A stretch of 63,720 nt of DNA, filler included, from Folioceros fuciformis (taxonomy: Eukaryota), in assembly GCA_049999805.1 (NCBI GenBank). It is 13 parts of 13 records of this genome, joined end to end, with 100 filler letters (N's around TTAATTAATTAA, not from the genome) between each part and the next. Parts side by side here need not be neighbours in the genome. Positions count along the whole stretch, not along the records: positions 55,237 to 62,137 come from JBNGIO010001702.1; positions 62,238 to 63,720 come from JBNGIO010001726.1; 11 more parts are not named here. One strand, written 5' to 3'. The translations under genes and the position numbers were made by a program. Under the pieces are notes generated by a model. The model did no database searches, was not told the origin of the DNA, and saw nothing but the letters and a program-made list of their open reading frames with translations. Positions within the stretch are counted from its first letter, which is position 1. The number at the start of each line of letters is the position of its first letter. Shown here in pieces: positions 61,325-63,720 of the stretch.

Positions 61325-61837
61325 AACTATTCGACAAAACTGTTCTCCACCCTAATTAGCAAAAAACAAACACAAAAGTTAGGGTTTAGGATAATTCTTG
61401 GTAATGACATTTTAACCTTTTAAGCTGATAAGACCACTTACATCCTTCAATAAAAGACAATCTCTTAGCTCGTTTTTCATCCATAGTGGTTCGCATCGAC
61501 GAGGTATGGCTTTCGCAACCACTAAACTGTGACTGTCGTAGTCATCCGTAATGTGGCTTGGTGGGTGTCGGGTGAGGATGAAATTCAAGTGAGTTTTGTC
61601 GTCTTCACTGCCCACAGACGCATAAAGAATCCATCCTACCCTTCCTGCTTCGTCCTCCGCCAAACCTTGAAACCCATTCACCCACAAAGCAACACGAGGA
61701 ATCCACGGCAAGTTCAAGTCATCAAGCTCATCTTCAGCTATCAAAAACCATTCCTTATCAGTGTTGAATCTTTTGGCCATAGTGTCTTCTAACTTCTTCA
61801 GTCTCAATCACTCTACAAAGTTGTAGGCATTCGGAAT

Positions 61838-62137
61838 TGTGGAGGCAAAACCCCGGGCACTGATTGCCGACGGGTTCCACCTTTAGTGGCCACACTTATC
61901 CCACTGTCGTTGAGACATTGGGTTTCGTTCCCACGAAGGAGCGATGGGGTTCCTTGCTGCTGTGGATGGAGGGTCGGACTTGATCGACTCGATGACGGAT
62001 TCGAGGGCTCCCCTCCAGCTTCGATCAGGCGTAGGACAGGTCTCGCTGTCCGGCGGTCAGCTGCACCTCTCTCGGTGCCCACAAACTCACTCCAGTCACT
62101 ACAACGACTCTAACCTCTCAGATCTGCGACTTCCTTC
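61838..62137 (-). mobile_element. U5 end of the same Gypsy LTR as 29553-29850 (another copy at 62238-62323 on +)
   Basis: Near-identical sequence starting TGTGGAGGCAAAACCCCGGG; no PBS adjacent. Confidence 0.92.
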
Positions 62138-63410
62138 NNNNNNNNNNNNNNNNNNNNNNNNNNNNNNNNNNNNNNNNNNNNTTAATTAATTAANNNNNNN
62201 NNNNNNNNNNNNNNNNNNNNNNNNNNNNNNNNNNNNNACCCAATGTCTCAACGACAGTGGGATAAGTGTGGCCACTAAAGGTGGAACCCGTCGGCAATCA
62301 GTGCCCGGGGTTTTGCCTCCACAATCTTCAAAACAATAGGTTTGGTAACAATAGGCTTGGTAACATGGTTTCATAAAGCGAGTTTCTTAAAAGCCCATTG
62401 GGTGCTATTTTGAAAAAGAAAAGGGTAATTCCAATTGTATTTCTTGATTTTATGCTTTTTTTCGGTCAAAAATATGATGTGTGCATGTGGATGCATAGTT
62501 TAGGGTATAATTACTACCTTGTAGAGAAGATACTTTTGAAAGCCTCATGTACTTACTTAGAGAGAAGATTCGGTTCATATCGTGTATCGTTCATTGTGCC
62601 TCGGTCTACCGGCCCACTTCAAGAGCAAACATGACCAATTGACACCTCGAATTGAGTTGGAATACCATATTTTGATTCCTCTTTGAGTCCAATACAATGT
62701 CCACATTTCAAAGCCACTAGTCTTCATTATCCGTTAAATCATCATCCTCCACATCCAAACTTGAAAATTATGGTGCCTCTATTGTTTTGGGTGGAAGAAT
62801 CCTATTTTCAATAATTGAAACAATAAAAAAGGCTTAAGTACAAAACCTATATTCCTAAAAAAAGAATCTAAGGAAGAAAAACTTTACCGCGTGCACTTTT
62901 GTTGCACCTTTCATCTAATGCGCTGGTCTACCAAAGCACCTCCATCATTATATAGCAATTATATTAAGGGTAACCCATGTTTGTTTAAGTGTTGGGCATC
63001 CAAATTACAGTAAAGTAAACTAGGCGTGGTAGACTTAATCAAAACCTATGTTGCTCACTTTGAACAAAAGTCAACTGTTTTCGGAATTATCCTTAATCAC
63101 GTGATCCTAGAGAAATTACTATTTAAAGGAAATATACTGTATTCCATTTTTTATGATACAATCAATGATGCATTCCTTTCCAGGAAAAAGACATTCGATA
63201 TGTTTGGAAAATAATAATGGATCAAGTTTACCAGCTTAATATATAGCTTTCTTCATGACCATGGGGACTTCCAATACACAAGAAAACTACAACACAAACT
63301 TGGACTGCTATAAAAAAGCCTTGTGAATATGAATGTTTCTTGTATTTTTGAATCTTGTGATGCTTTCTATATATGTGATTCCATATATAAGACAAATATA
63401 TTCTAGAAAC

Positions 63411-63720
63411 TGTAAGCAAGCATATATAGAATGATAATAAATAGTTGTATATTGTTGTTTTTATAGTCTGAGTTTTATTAACCCTGTTGGTTTAAGAACC
63501 GAGTTAGGTTAACCATAGGTTACTTATGTAACCTCTAACACCCCCTCTTAACCTAACGAGGTTAAAAAGGAGATTTTCTTAAACCCTAGTCCATCATAAA
63601 CCTTCGCAACTTTTCATGATGAGACAAGGTGCAGAAGTTAATGCTATGCAAGCGGGAAGGCACTTAGGCGGTGTGTCTGTCGATCTGACTTCAGCCAAGA
63701 AACACATGACGTCCTGGAGC
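63411..63720 (-). mobile_element. Short (~130 bp) 3' LTR 63411-63540 with PPT 63541-63553 and adjacent internal sequence
   Basis: TGTAAG...CTAACA followed by CCCCCTCTTAACCT, matching the PPT context at 22581 (CTCCCTCTTAACCT). Confidence 0.55.

Noticed and set aside
3124-62237. Recurring TTAATTAATTAA motif as a biological repeat, and ORFs ending in XXXX-LIN
   Set aside because: Artificial six-frame-stop linker inside N runs.

Overview
Eukaryotic (land-plant) DNA made of 13 short contigs joined by 12 identical artificial 100-nt linkers (N44-TTAATTAATTAA-N44), so adjacency across a linker cannot be assumed to be biological. The first ~10.7 kb is genic. It holds a 6-exon EndoU-family poly(U) endoribonuclease gene, a 2-exon F-box gene, a possible degenerate ARF/B3-like locus and a type I (M-alpha-like) MADS-box gene. 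The remaining ~53 kb is a nested transposon graveyard: four copies of one Tnt1/Tork-like Copia family, other Copia families, Athila/Tat-like Gypsy gag/protease and LTRs, a Mutator transposase fragment, an RLE-type (CRE-like) non-LTR fragment, minisatellites and a short (CCCTAAA)n tract. The standout is a degenerate Gypsy-type polyprotein in which a retropepsin protease is followed directly by a DNMT3-like C5-cytosine methyltransferase domain (55586-57133), i.e. a retrotransposon carrying its own DNA methyltransferase. Also notable are an LTR family with apparent AG...CT termini, a conserved unknown accessory ORF in three Athila-like copies, LTRs with telomere-like arrays upstream of the TATA box, and a ParB-like ORF fragment. 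A non-seed land plant host is inferred, not shown. All family assignments come from motif recognition by eye; no searches were run.
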